Source: Sedimenticolaceae bacterium (GTDB taxonomy: Bacteria > Pseudomonadota > Gammaproteobacteria > Chromatiales > Chromatiaceae). Taken from it: a stretch of DNA of 39,650 nt. Location of the stretch: contig JBNKMQ010000252.1 of NCBI GenBank assembly GCA_050293225.1, forward strand, positions 1 to 39,650, in the 5' to 3' direction. This document shows, piece after piece, positions 8,384 through 19,312 of the stretch (position 1 is its first letter; each line of letters begins with the position of its first letter). The translations under genes and the position numbers were made by a program. The notes under the pieces were generated by a model, which saw nothing but the letters and a program-made list of their open reading frames with translations, was not told where the DNA came from and made no database searches.

Positions 8384-10531
8384 TTACCGAGGAGTTGATC
8401 TTGCTCTGCTCGCCAAACCAGTCATAAGCAGCACCAAGGCAAACAGAAATACGGCACCACCTCCGCCGCTGCTTTTCACTCCAGTCACAGACACGTCGTC
8501 AGCAGATGGTGCTATCGAAACATCTCCGTGGGCGATACTTTCACCGTCAATAGGTTGGCAATCAGTTGCCGCTTCAGAATTCGCTGTGTTGATAGAGAGA
8601 TCTGAATCTGAAAGCGCAAAAAATATACCGCTAGCACAAGCCAACTTAAGCCTGGCTCGAGAGACTGAAGGGGTAGCAGGTAGAAAGCTAAATGTTCCAG
8701 AGCCATTCGCATTTACAGCGGTTGCCAACTCAAGATTGCTATTGTCAGTTGCATCACAAAAGGTCGACCCATCACTGGAAATAGCCACAAGACTGACCTT
8801 GAGATTTGGACAAAATGAACCGGTATCCGCTGGGTCCCAATCAACCACCAGCCCACCACCTCCATGGACAACACTATTGATCATGAATGGTCCCATTCCC
8901 TGATCAACTTTGACGAGCAAATCATCGACGGCAACCCCAGAGGCCCCATCTCTCACTGTCAACCTGAAGTTGAGATCCCTGGTTGTGGTAGGTAAGGTCT
9001 CTGCGGGATCAGGCGTGCCAGATAGCAACGTACTCAGACGAGGAAAATAGCGTGTAGGGGTGTTTTTAGGAACAAAGCTGCGAAACAGGGGGTTATCACG
9101 CAGATCCTGACCAAAGGTTGTAGATGTCGTCGCCAATCCATTCGCATCCATCTGATCCCATTGATAAGAGAGAACATCTCCATCAGGGTCTACCAACTCA
9201 TCGATAGACAAAACAAAAGGTGTACCTTGAGGGATTGTTACTGTCGCTCCCACATTCACATCAGGCACCCCATTTGAAACTGAGGTCAGGTTACCGCAAC
9301 GACTTCCCGTCCCAGAGAAAACAAAGCTATTGATCTGGTCGATGTTAGCCGCGTGAAATACGGCATCGGAATTGTTTTGTAAATTCTCCGCACCACAAAT
9401 ACCTGCATAAGCCATGATGGTCGAACCACTGCCTGGTTCCACTGCGGTAGCCGCCGTTCGGTTGATCCCACTGCAGGACCCGGAGGTACCATTAAATGAG
9501 TGTGAAGCATTTAACTGATGCCCAAGCTCATGCGCCAATAGATCTATGTAAAACACATCGTTATTCGGCGAAGGATAACCGCTATAGCCATGGGCCTTCG
9601 AGGTAGTACAGGCTGCGCCCAGTTGCGCCAATCCGCCTCCACTGAGACCAAAGACGTGCCCCAAATCGTAGGCATCCACTCCTATCTCCGAATCAAGTAA
9701 CTCCTGATTCTTCGAGAGAATCTCAGAAATCGTTAACCCCTGGAAAGGCGACACATTAATGTTTGCCACAACAGCACTCAACTGAAGCAGTACACCCAGG
9801 TCACGAGCATAGATCTGATTAACACGGTTGATTGCCGTTACCACATTGGAAAAAATCAGTGTCGGTGAATTATTGAATTTTGCGCTATATCCGCTGGTAG
9901 TGGTTACTGCCAATCGGTAGATCCGCCGGGACGAAATGGTCATGATCCGGGAAGCATATTTTGCGGAAACAGTCGCTATGCTCCCAGTATCGTTGTCTGC
10001 ATCACTCAGATGGCAAACCCGATCGGCTGCAGCGACTTCAGTCTCTGCAACATAGTCCTTTTTGAAAAAGCTACGATAGGTGGCGTTGCCATCAGGGTTT
10101 ATGAAGACCGCACCGGCAGGCGTAGAAAGCATGGCGTGAAACCCGGCCGCAGTCATATCCAAGCGACCGGTTATACCTGGATTGTCTATACCCTTGACAG
10201 AGTAGGTCTCAATCTCAGGGTATTCCTGAGCCAACTCTGGCGAAAGCAGCGGCGAAACAACCACTTCGAACTGCTGCATACTGCCGTCAGGCATAGGGAG
10301 CTCAAGGGTTGCCCCCTGGGAACTGGTGTCTTCCACTGGCGCTAACGATAACGCCTGGCTCAGGAGCACAGGGTCGGCTTTTAGAGCCCGATAGTAGACT
10401 GGCGCTGAAGACACTCCTTTCGCAGCCTGCCCTGATTCATGCAGGTCCTGCCAGATTGCCGCCAGGGTGGATGCCGGGTATGCCAATAGCGCCATGATCA
10501 TGGCGGCAACTGCGTTTCTACATGTTCGCAT
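8384..10531 (-). CDS. Secreted reprolysin-like (M12B) zinc metalloprotease with GlyGly-CTERM sorting signal
   Basis: Signal peptide, pro-domain, HELGHQLNASH zinc motif and TIMAY Met-turn. C-terminus is SSGGGGA + hydrophobic helix + RARSTPR. Confidence 0.88.
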   Translation of the reverse strand: MRTCRNAVAAMIMALLAYPASTLAAIWQDLHESGQAAKGVSSAPVYYRALKADPVLLSQALSLAPVEDTSSQGATLELPMPDGSMQQFEVVVSPLLSPELAQEYPEIETYSVKGIDNPGITGRLDMTAAGFHAMLSTPAGAVFINPDGNATYRSFFKKDYVAETEVAAADRVCHLSDADNDTGSIATVSAKYASRIMTISSRRIYRLAVTTTSGYSAKFNNSPTLIFSNVVTAINRVNQIYARDLGVLLQLSAVVANINVSPFQGLTISEILSKNQELLDSEIGVDAYDLGHVFGLSGGGLAQLGAACTTSKAHGYSGYPSPNNDVFYIDLLAHELGHQLNASHSFNGTSGSCSGINRTAATAVEPGSGSTIMAYAGICGAENLQNNSDAVFHAANIDQINSFVFSGTGSRCGNLTSVSNGVPDVNVGATVTIPQGTPFVLSIDELVDPDGDVLSYQWDQMDANGLATTSTTFGQDLRDNPLFRSFVPKNTPTRYFPRLSTLLSGTPDPAETLPTTTRDLNFRLTVRDGASGVAVDDLLVKVDQGMGPFMINSVVHGGGGLVVDWDPADTGSFCPNLKVSLVAISSDGSTFCDATDNSNLELATAVNANGSGTFSFLPATPSVSRARLKLACASGIFFALSDSDLSINTANSEAATDCQPIDGESIAHGDVSIAPSADDVSVTGVKSSGGGGAVFLFALVLLMTGLASRARSTPR

Positions 10532-10593
10532 CAAGCCAAACCTCAGTTCTCTTACAGAGTCCAGCCTGATCTCTCCGTTACAGGCATGCCCAT

Positions 10594-12027
10594 TTAGTCT
10601 TTGAGTTTACCCAGCAGGATTTTGTTCACTTCCCCTGGGTTTGCCTTACCCTGGGTGGCCTTCATCACCTGTCCGACAAAAAAGCCCAATAGCTTCTCCT
10701 TGCCAGCCTTGAACTGCTCAACCTGCTTAGGATTGTCGGAGATGACTTTGTCTATGATAGCTTCGATCGCGCCACTGTCTGTGATCTGTTTCAGCCCTTT
10801 CGCCTCGATGATGGCGTCGGCATCTCCTTCACCGTTCCAGATCGCCTCGAAGACCTGTTTGGCGATCTTACCTGAGATGGTGTTGTCGGCAATGCGTTTG
10901 AGCAATCCACCTAGTTGTTGTGGCGAGACCGGTGACTGACTGAGATCGAGTCCAGCCTTGTTCAACGCTCCACCCAGTTCAACTGTCACCCAGTTGGCCG
11001 CTGTCTTGGGATCGGCTTGCGCAGCCACCACGGCTTCATAGTAATCCGCCAGAGAGCGACTGAGAGTCAATTTACTCGCATCCTCGGAAGATAGGCCATA
11101 GTCCAACTCAAAGCGGGCATGCTTTTCCTCCGGCAGCTCAGGCATCTCCTGTCTGATCGCCTCTAACTGTGACATGTCGATCTCCACCGGCAACAGATCG
11201 GGATCGGGGAAATAACGATAGTCGTTAGCTTCCTCTTTGCTACGCATGGAGCGAGTCTCATCCTTGTCGGCGTCGTAGAGACGGGTCTCCTGCACCACCT
11301 TACCGCCGCCTTCCACCAGATCGATCTGGCGCTCCAGCTCATAGTTGAGGGCTCGCTCGAGAAAGCGGAAAGAGTTGATGTTCTTCAGCTCGGTGCGGGT
11401 ACCGAAGGCCTCCTGGCCAAATGGTCTGATCGATAGATTGGCGTCGACGCGGAAGGAGCCCTCCTGCATATTGCCGTCACAAATACCTAGATAGACTACC
11501 AGTTGGTGGATCTTTCTGGCGTAGGCCACCGCCTCTTTGATGGAGCGCATATCCGGTTCAGAGACGATCTCCAACAACGGCGTACCGGCTCGGTTGAGGT
11601 CGATTCCGCTCATGCCATGAAAGTCTTCGTGCAGGGACTTACCTGCATCCTCCTCCAGATGGGCACGGGTGATACCGATCACCTTTTCTGAACCGTCCTC
11701 GAGATTGATAGTCAGGGAACCCTTACCAACGATAGGCAACTCGAACTGACTAATCTGATAGCCCTTGGGCAGATCGGGATAGAAGTAGTTCTTGCGCGCA
11801 AAAATCGAACGCTCTCCGATCTCAGCATCTACAGCCAGTCCGAACTTCAGCGCCATCGCGACGGCGGCTTCGTTCAACACCGGTAGAACGCCTGGAAATC
11901 CCAGGTCAACGATACAGGCCTGCACATTCGGCTCGGCCCCATAGGCGATGGATGCGCCGGAGAAGATCTTCGACTGGGTGGCCAGTTGAGCATGAATCTC
12001 AAGGCCGATGACAGTTTCCCACTGCAT
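10594..12027 (-). CDS. gatB: Asp-tRNA(Asn)/Glu-tRNA(Gln) amidotransferase subunit B
   Basis: [36 protein letters not shown]. Start likely ATG 12027 (or 12039). Confidence 0.98.
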   Translation of the reverse strand: MQWETVIGLEIHAQLATQSKIFSGASIAYGAEPNVQACIVDLGFPGVLPVLNEAAVAMALKFGLAVDAEIGERSIFARKNYFYPDLPKGYQISQFELPIVGKGSLTINLEDGSEKVIGITRAHLEEDAGKSLHEDFHGMSGIDLNRAGTPLLEIVSEPDMRSIKEAVAYARKIHQLVVYLGICDGNMQEGSFRVDANLSIRPFGQEAFGTRTELKNINSFRFLERALNYELERQIDLVEGGGKVVQETRLYDADKDETRSMRSKEEANDYRYFPDPDLLPVEIDMSQLEAIRQEMPELPEEKHARFELDYGLSSEDASKLTLSRSLADYYEAVVAAQADPKTAANWVTVELGGALNKAGLDLSQSPVSPQQLGGLLKRIADNTISGKIAKQVFEAIWNGEGDADAIIEAKGLKQITDSGAIEAIIDKVISDNPKQVEQFKAGKEKLLGFFVGQVMKATQGKANPGEVNKILLGKLKD

Positions 12028-12047
12028 AGCGTTACTCATCAAAAAAG

Positions 12048-13502
12048 TTAAGCAAAGGCTTCCGGCATCTGTCGATGCCACTGCGTCTCCATCTGATACC
12101 GGTGCGCCACATTCAGCAGCTTGGCTTCGGCAAAGTAGTTGCCGATGATCTGCAGCCCCACCGGCAGACCATTCGCCGGCGCCACCGGCAGAGACATGCC
12201 GGGCAGGCCTGCCAGGTTGGCGGCAATGGTGTAGATATCATTCAGGTACATGGTGACTGGGTCGTCAACCTTCTCCCCCAGACCAAAGGCAGTGGTAGGT
12301 GCGGTAGGACCCATGATCACATCGACCTCTTCAAAGGCCTGTTTGAAGTCGTCGGAGATCAGATGCCGAGTCTTCTGTGCCTTGAGGTAGTAAGCATCGT
12401 AATAACCCGCCGAGAGGGCATAGGTGCCGATCATGATACGGCGCTTCACTTCTGCGCCGAAACCCTCTCCCCTGGAACGCTTGTAGAGATCTTCCAGATC
12501 TTTCGGAGCTTCACAACGATAACCGAATCGAACACCGTCGAAACGGGAGAGATTTGAGGAGCACTCGGCAGGGGCGACCACATAGTAGGTCGGTACTGCC
12601 AGCCCGCTGTTGGGCAGACTAATCTCCTTCACCTCGGCACCCAGCTTGCGATAGACGTCGATGGCGGATTCAATGGATGCCGCCACGGCGGGGTCGAGGC
12701 CCTCACCGAAATATTCCTTGGGCAGGCCGATCTTCAAACCTTCCAGAGTGTCACTCAGACCAGCGCTATAGTCGGGAACAGGTTCGTCGGCAGAAGTGGA
12801 GTCCCGCTTGTCAAAACCCGCCATAGCCTGCAGCAGTAGCGCCGCATCTTGTGCACTCTGGGCCATAGGACCCGCCTGATCGAGACTGGAAGCAAAGGCG
12901 ATCATTCCGAAGCGGGAGACCCGTCCGTAGGTGGGCTTAAGACCGGTGATGCCGCAAAAGGCCGAAGGCTGACGAATCGATCCGCCGGTATCGGTACCGG
13001 TAGCCGCAGCCGCCAGTCCCGCCGCCACTGAAGCCGCCGACCCACCTGAAGAACCACCTGGCACCCGCGATAGATCCCAGGGATTCTTCACCGGCCCGTA
13101 ATAGCTAGTCTCGTTGGAGGAGCCCATGGCGAACTCATCCATATTGGCCTTGCCGAGACTGATGGCGCCCGCCTGCATCAGACGCTCGGTGACGCAGGCG
13201 TCGTAGGGTGAGATAAAGTTATCCAACATGCGGGAACCGCAACTGGTCTTCACTCCCTGGGTGCAGAAGATATCTTTCTGGATGATCGGGATACCCGTCA
13301 GGGGAGTTTCATCACCGGATTTCAGCCGCTCATCCGCCGCATCGGCAGCTGCCAGCGCCGAATCAGCCGTTACCGTCACCAGGCTATTGAGTTCGCCGTC
13401 AAGACGCTCGATGCGCTGTAGGAAGTGTTGGGTCAGTTCGCGACTGGAGTAGTCCCCGACCCGCAGGCCCGCCCCCAGTTCCGCTATCGTTTTCGTATGC
13501 AT
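12048..13502 (-). CDS. gatA: Amidotransferase subunit A
   Basis: Amidase signature GGSSGGSA...[11 protein letters not shown]; [10 protein letters not shown]. Confidence 0.98.
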   Translation of the reverse strand: MHTKTIAELGAGLRVGDYSSRELTQHFLQRIERLDGELNSLVTVTADSALAAADAADERLKSGDETPLTGIPIIQKDIFCTQGVKTSCGSRMLDNFISPYDACVTERLMQAGAISLGKANMDEFAMGSSNETSYYGPVKNPWDLSRVPGGSSGGSAASVAAGLAAAATGTDTGGSIRQPSAFCGITGLKPTYGRVSRFGMIAFASSLDQAGPMAQSAQDAALLLQAMAGFDKRDSTSADEPVPDYSAGLSDTLEGLKIGLPKEYFGEGLDPAVAASIESAIDVYRKLGAEVKEISLPNSGLAVPTYYVVAPAECSSNLSRFDGVRFGYRCEAPKDLEDLYKRSRGEGFGAEVKRRIMIGTYALSAGYYDAYYLKAQKTRHLISDDFKQAFEEVDVIMGPTAPTTAFGLGEKVDDPVTMYLNDIYTIAANLAGLPGMSLPVAPANGLPVGLQIIGNYFAEAKLLNVAHRYQMETQWHRQMPEAFA

Positions 13503-13537
13503 TTGATAGTTGCTGCCTGTTCCAAGCCTCGCGGCTA

Positions 13538-13825
13538 TTACTCAATCACCCTGGGCACCAGATAGAGACCCGCTTCAACACTGGGGGCAACTGCCTGATT
13601 CTCTTGCCGTCGATCAACCTCACTCACCTGATCCGGCCGCAAACGCTGGGCCATGTGCAGGGGATGAGCCATGGGCTCGACCTGATCGGTATCCGCAGCT
13701 TCCAGAGCCTCGACCAAGCCAAGAATGTTGGAGAGGTCATTGGCGTAGGCGTCAATCTGAGATTCATCCAGCGCCATTCGCGCCAAATGGGCAATCTTCT
13801 CAACATCAGAACGGTCTAGTGACAT
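13538..13825 (-). CDS. gatC: Amidotransferase subunit C
   Basis: [16 protein letters not shown]...PMAHP...LVPRVIE; start ATG 13825. Confidence 0.96.
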   Translation of the reverse strand: MSLDRSDVEKIAHLARMALDESQIDAYANDLSNILGLVEALEAADTDQVEPMAHPLHMAQRLRPDQVSEVDRRQENQAVAPSVEAGLYLVPRVIE

Positions 13826-14064
13826 GGGGCAGGAATCCTGTGCCTGAAAAACAGCGAAACTTAACATACTTCATGCCGTCGATACATGCTGAATCCCAGG
13901 TTTAGCTTACTGTTCAGATGTACCGCCATGAATCAGCACTGCGAAATTGGTCGTGACAAATGGCATATCACCAAAAAACCGGGCAAATCACCGCCAGTAA
14001 GGGCGATTTATTCACAAAACTGGGTACTTAGGGAAAATAAGTCATATAATCATACTGCAACCCC

Positions 14065-14087
14065 GGGATAATGGGATAATATTCCCA
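14065..14087. promoter_or_regulatory. Candidate operator: palindrome TGGGA-N6-TCCCA overlapping a GGGATAAT tandem repeat
   Basis: TGGGATAATATTCCCA at 14072-14087 and GGGATAAT twice at 14065-14080, in the AT-rich spacer between gatC and the DUF6502-like gene. Confidence 0.4.
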
Positions 14088-14286
14088 CCATAGCCGATCA
14101 ATGACGTTGCAATAGATAAACAACCGGCTTGGCCACTCGCGGCAGACAAAACAGGTGAAATTGACGGAATAAGCAGTATGCCCCAGGTAGGAAAAAAACC
14201 TAAGCCAATAATTATCAACGACAAAGCTGAAGTTGCGGACATAGAATTATCATATGCACACTAATTTTTAGCTATGAGTCTGCCCA

Positions 14287-15108
14287 ATGGATGAAGTTAG
14301 AAAAACCCTCAACGCCTCTATCATCAAGCTGTTGAGGCCACTGGTGCGTTTGCTGCTACGCAATGGTGTGACCTACGGCGATTTCGCCGACCTGAGCAAA
14401 TGGGTTTTCATGGATGTGGCACACAAAGAGTTCGGCGTGCCTGGCCGCAAGCAGACTGTCTCCCGGGTATCAGTTATCACCGGCCTGACTCGCAAAGAGG
14501 TCAGCCGCCTGCAGAAGATCAAAACGCCGGACGACTCCGCCATCTCCCACCAGTACAACCGTGCCGCCCGGGTGATCTCCGGCTGGATGCGGGATAAGCG
14601 CTTCCTGGACAAAAAGGGCCAGCCCGCCCCCCTCGATTTCGAAAAGGGCAAAAAGAGCTTCAGCGAGCTGGTGCGGGAGCACAGCGGTGACATCCCTCCC
14701 CGTGCGATTCTGGACGAACTCCTTCGTGTCGGCACGGTCGCCAAGGATACAGAGGGAAAAATCAACCTGATCACCGATGGTTATGTCCCCAGAACCGGCG
14801 AGACCAGCAAACTCCACATCCTGGGAACCGACGTCCAGTTTCTGCTATCTACCATCGACCACAATCTACAACAGGGCGGCCAGACACCCCGTTTCCAAAG
14901 GAAGGTCTCCTACAACAACCTACCTGAGGATGGATTAGCAGACTTCCGCAGGCTCAGCGCAGAGAAGTCCCAGGCCCTCCTGCTAGAACTAGACAAGATC
15001 CTCTCCAAACAGGATAGAGACATCAATCCTGAGGCTAACGGAGAGGGGCGCAAAGAGGCCGGTATTGGCATCTATTACTTCGAGAGGGATGTCAATGAGG
15101 GTGAGTAA
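14287..15108 (+). CDS. DUF6502-like protein, putative HTH DNA-binding regulator
   Basis: LLRPLVRLLLRNG start, HTH-like TVSRVSVITGLTRKEVSRL, ARVISGW, second winged-helix-like DIPPRAILDELLRVG, RFQRKVSY; sits upstream of a DUF5666-like gene. Confidence 0.8.
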   Translation: MDEVRKTLNASIIKLLRPLVRLLLRNGVTYGDFADLSKWVFMDVAHKEFGVPGRKQTVSRVSVITGLTRKEVSRLQKIKTPDDSAISHQYNRAARVISGWMRDKRFLDKKGQPAPLDFEKGKKSFSELVREHSGDIPPRAILDELLRVGTVAKDTEGKINLITDGYVPRTGETSKLHILGTDVQFLLSTIDHNLQQGGQTPRFQRKVSYNNLPEDGLADFRRLSAEKSQALLLELDKILSKQDRDINPEANGEGRKEAGIGIYYFERDVNEGE

Positions 15109-15109
15109 G

Positions 15110-16510
15110 ATGAAACGGTTTTCTCAATTTTTTTCCACTGCGCTGCTCAGCTTCCTGCTCACCAGTTGCGGCAGTAGCGGTGGCAATGCCGTGGCTGAAG
15201 GGGGCATTGGCGGCACAGGTGTCACAGCCGGTCGTGTTGCGCAAATAGGATCGGTCTATGTCAATGGCATTCACTACAACACCGACAACGCCTCATTTGT
15301 CATCAACGGTGACAATAGCAAAACACTCAACGACATCCGGGTCGGCATGGTGGTTCGCGTCGCCGGCACCCGCGACGATGCCACCGCCACTGGCGTAGCG
15401 GAAACCGTCAGCTACGACAGCCTGCTGAACGGCCCGGTGGACAGCGTCTACGACTCAACCACCCAGCATATCGGCGTGATGGGACAGCAAGTCCATATCA
15501 ACGTGGATACGGTGTTTGAGAATGTCGATACGACCGACCTGGTCGCCTCTCTGCCCCTGGGATCACTGGTCGAGGTCAGCGGCTTCCCCGATGGTCAAAC
15601 CGGTGAAATACTCGCCACTAGGATTGAGCTGAAGACCACCGTCGCCCTCCCCTACAAGGTGAGTGGGCTGGCAAACAACATCAACCAGACAACGTTGTAC
15701 TTCGAGATTGGCGGGCTCACCATCGACGCCAGATACACAAACGATCCCATTCCAGCCGACGGCACCTATGTCTCCGTGGAGAGCAATCTGGCGCCTGACG
15801 ATCCCGGCATTTCACCACGCCTGTTTACGGCTGACTCGATCTCCCTGGTCGGCAACGGCGATGGCACCGTGGCCGAGGACGGCGAATCTGTCAGCATTGA
15901 AGGGGTGATCACTACAGGACTGGACGGCAACAACGACCTGTTCGAAATGAACGGCCAAGTCGTCGACGCCTCCATGACCCCACTGGCGGGTCAGCCGCTC
16001 GATCTCGCCGCCGGACGGATCGTAAAGGTTGACGGTGTCATGAATGGCGCCATCCTTCTCGCCGAGGCGATCACGGTAGAAGCAAGCAACAGCGAACGCG
16101 AGGAGATTGCGGCGATGCTGAAGTCGCTGCCGGATCTCACGAACTCCACCATTGTACTGATGGGACAGACCATCCACATTACCAACTCGACCATCCTTGA
16201 GAACGACCTCGGCGGCTCTCACACCTTCTCCCTGGACGAACTCAAGTTCGACGACTACGTGGAAGCCAAGGTCTACGACAACAATGGGGAGCTGACCGCC
16301 AGCAAACTGGAGTTGGAGAGCGAACCTTCTCCTCACAACGCCGAGTTGGAGGGCTCATGGTCCACTATAGGGGTAGACCAGATTGAGATCCTCGGCGTGA
16401 CGATCGACACCAACGGCCTGCCTGTCCCGGCAGGACGCATTAAGGTCAAAGGTGTTTACTACACAGGCTCCAATATGCTCGTGGCCGACTCCATTTCCAT
16501 CTCAGACTGA
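15110..16510 (+). CDS. DUF5666-like repeat lipoprotein
   Basis: Start ATG 15110, lipobox LTSC, GGIGGTG motif, and about six beta-rich repeats of the form G-x-(V/I)...(V/I)-x-G...V-x-V-x-G. Confidence 0.82.
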   Translation: MKRFSQFFSTALLSFLLTSCGSSGGNAVAEGGIGGTGVTAGRVAQIGSVYVNGIHYNTDNASFVINGDNSKTLNDIRVGMVVRVAGTRDDATATGVAETVSYDSLLNGPVDSVYDSTTQHIGVMGQQVHINVDTVFENVDTTDLVASLPLGSLVEVSGFPDGQTGEILATRIELKTTVALPYKVSGLANNINQTTLYFEIGGLTIDARYTNDPIPADGTYVSVESNLAPDDPGISPRLFTADSISLVGNGDGTVAEDGESVSIEGVITTGLDGNNDLFEMNGQVVDASMTPLAGQPLDLAAGRIVKVDGVMNGAILLAEAITVEASNSEREEIAAMLKSLPDLTNSTIVLMGQTIHITNSTILENDLGGSHTFSLDELKFDDYVEAKVYDNNGELTASKLELESEPSPHNAELEGSWSTIGVDQIEILGVTIDTNGLPVPAGRIKVKGVYYTGSNMLVADSISISD

Positions 16511-16520
16511 TTCAGTCTCC

Positions 16521-16552
16521 CGGCAAAGGCGCAACGGCTTGCGCCTTTGCCG
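16521..16552 (+). terminator. Strong hairpin after the DUF5666-like gene
   Basis: Perfect 14-bp stem CGGCAAAGGCGCAA / TTGCGCCTTTGCCG with a 4-nt loop; U-tract weak. Confidence 0.6.
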
Positions 16553-16715
16553 CTTACCCCGCTTTTCAAGCAACCTGAACATCTTTGCAACCGTTCACAA
16601 TCGGGGGACAATCCTGTAATTCAGAATCCCCTTTCTTGCCCAACTCCTGTACCATTGCTAGATTAACTCTTTTTTACTGTTTGGCCCCACCAACGGACAA
16701 ACTGCGGTTGTCTGA

Positions 16716-17816
<1,101 letters not shown>

Positions 17817-17829
17817 GGTCTCTTTAGAT

Positions 17830-17858
17830 TGTCTGCATGATTTTTTTACATGCAGACA
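17830..17858 (+). promoter_or_regulatory. Intercistronic stem-loop between mreB and mreC
   Basis: 10-bp stem TGTCTGCATG / CATGCAGACA with an AT-only loop. Confidence 0.55.
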
Positions 17859-17885
17859 GCCATCTGAAACCGGAGGAATTCAACC

Positions 17886-18818
17886 ATTAAACTGATCTTC
17901 ACCCAGGGTCCATCGATCACCACCCGCCTGGTGGTGGCGGCGCTCCTGTCCATCTCCCTGATGGTACTGGATCACCGCTTCAACACCCTGGAGGCGCTGC
18001 GCTCCAGTCTCTCCGTCGTCCTCTACCCAATCCAATATCTGGCCAACCTGCCGACCCAATTGAGCGAGTCGGCGGGGGATGCCTTCATCAGCCGAAGTGA
18101 GCTGCAGAAGGATCGAAAAAGGCTGCACGACGAGAACCTTGAGCTACTGGCGCGGCTACAGAAATTTGAGGCCCTGGAGTCGGAGAACATGCGTCTGCGC
18201 GCCCTGCTCGACTCCTCCTTCAAGGTCGGTGATCGTGTGCTCATCGCTGAACTCGTCGCCGTGGAGCAGGACCCGTTCCGCCAGGTTGTGCTGATCAATA
18301 AGGGCAAGAGCTCTGGGCTATACGAAGGCCAGCCGGTACTCGACGCCAACGCGGTGGTCGGCCAGGTCACCCACATCAACCCCTTCACCGCCAGCGTGCT
18401 GTTGATTACCGACGCCACCCATGCCCTGCCGGTACAGGTCAATCGCAACGGCCTGCGCACCATCGCCCTGGGCACCGGCCTGATCAACCAGCTCGAACTG
18501 CCCCATCTGCCAAACAACGCCGACATCCAGGTCGGCGATCTGTTGGTGACTTCCGGCCTGGGCGGACGCTTCCCTCCGGGCTATCCTGTGGCTCAGGTAG
18601 TCTCAGTAACAAAAGAGCCCGGCCGCCCCTTCGCCTCAGTGATTGCTGAGACCACTGCGCATCTCGATCGGGTACGTGAGGTATTGATGGTCTGGACCCT
18701 GAGTCCCGAACGGCCCCAGACAGAACCGGATGAGGCCGCTCTTGAGACAGCACAAAGTGATGATTCAGTCGAGACCACGAGCGAATCTGAGGCTGAATCA
18801 GCGGAGGTTAGCGAATGA
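17886..18818 (+). CDS. mreC: Rod shape-determining protein MreC, probable ATT start
   Basis: ENMRLRALL, INKG, GDLLVTSGLGGRFPPGYPVA. The frame extends upstream of GTG 17931 as IKLIFTQGPSITTRL, behind SD GGAGG. Confidence 0.95.
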   Translation: MKLIFTQGPSITTRLVVAALLSISLMVLDHRFNTLEALRSSLSVVLYPIQYLANLPTQLSESAGDAFISRSELQKDRKRLHDENLELLARLQKFEALESENMRLRALLDSSFKVGDRVLIAELVAVEQDPFRQVVLINKGKSSGLYEGQPVLDANAVVGQVTHINPFTASVLLITDATHALPVQVNRNGLRTIALGTGLINQLELPHLPNNADIQVGDLLVTSGLGGRFPPGYPVAQVVSVTKEPGRPFASVIAETTAHLDRVREVLMVWTLSPERPQTEPDEAALETAQSDDSVETTSESEAESAEVSE

Positions 18819-19303
18819 TTACCCCTGCCTCAAACCGCACCCACATCATCTATGTGACCATCCTCATCGGCTATCTGCTGACCCTGATGCCTCTGCCGGA
18901 TTGGGCTCAGATATTCCGCCCACAATGGGTCGCCTTGATCCTCATCTACTGGTGTATGGCTGTGCCGGATCGAATCGGCGTGGGAGTGGGATTTATTTCC
19001 GGGTTATTGCTCGATGTCCTCACCGGCACACTTTTAGGTCAACATGCCCTGGGCTTCTCTGTCATCGCATTTGTGACCCTTAAGCTCCATCTCAGAGTAA
19101 GAGTCATGCCGCTGCGCCAACAGGTTTTCACCATCTTCATTCTGCTCCTGGTGGAACGCCTGCTCGCCCTCTGGTCCACGGGTGCCGCCGGCTACCCAAC
19201 CCCCTCCCTCTGGTACTGGATGACACCTCTGGTAGGTATGCTGCTCTGGCCATGGATCTATATCCTGCTCAGGAATACCCGACGGCGTTTTCACGTCAGC
19301 TAA
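18815..19303 (+). CDS. mreD: Rod shape-determining protein MreD
   Basis: RPQWVALILIYW, GLLLDVLTG, LGQHAL; hydrophobic; operon position. Confidence 0.96.
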   Translation: MITPASNRTHIIYVTILIGYLLTLMPLPDWAQIFRPQWVALILIYWCMAVPDRIGVGVGFISGLLLDVLTGTLLGQHALGFSVIAFVTLKLHLRVRVMPLRQQVFTIFILLLVERLLALWSTGAAGYPTPSLWYWMTPLVGMLLWPWIYILLRNTRRRFHVS

Positions 19304-19312
19304 GGCCCCATC

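Noticed and set aside
14042-14242. 66-aa minus-strand hydrophobic ORF in the gatC/DUF6502 spacer
   Set aside because: No clear SD or recognisable motif; it lies in an AT-rich regulatory region.
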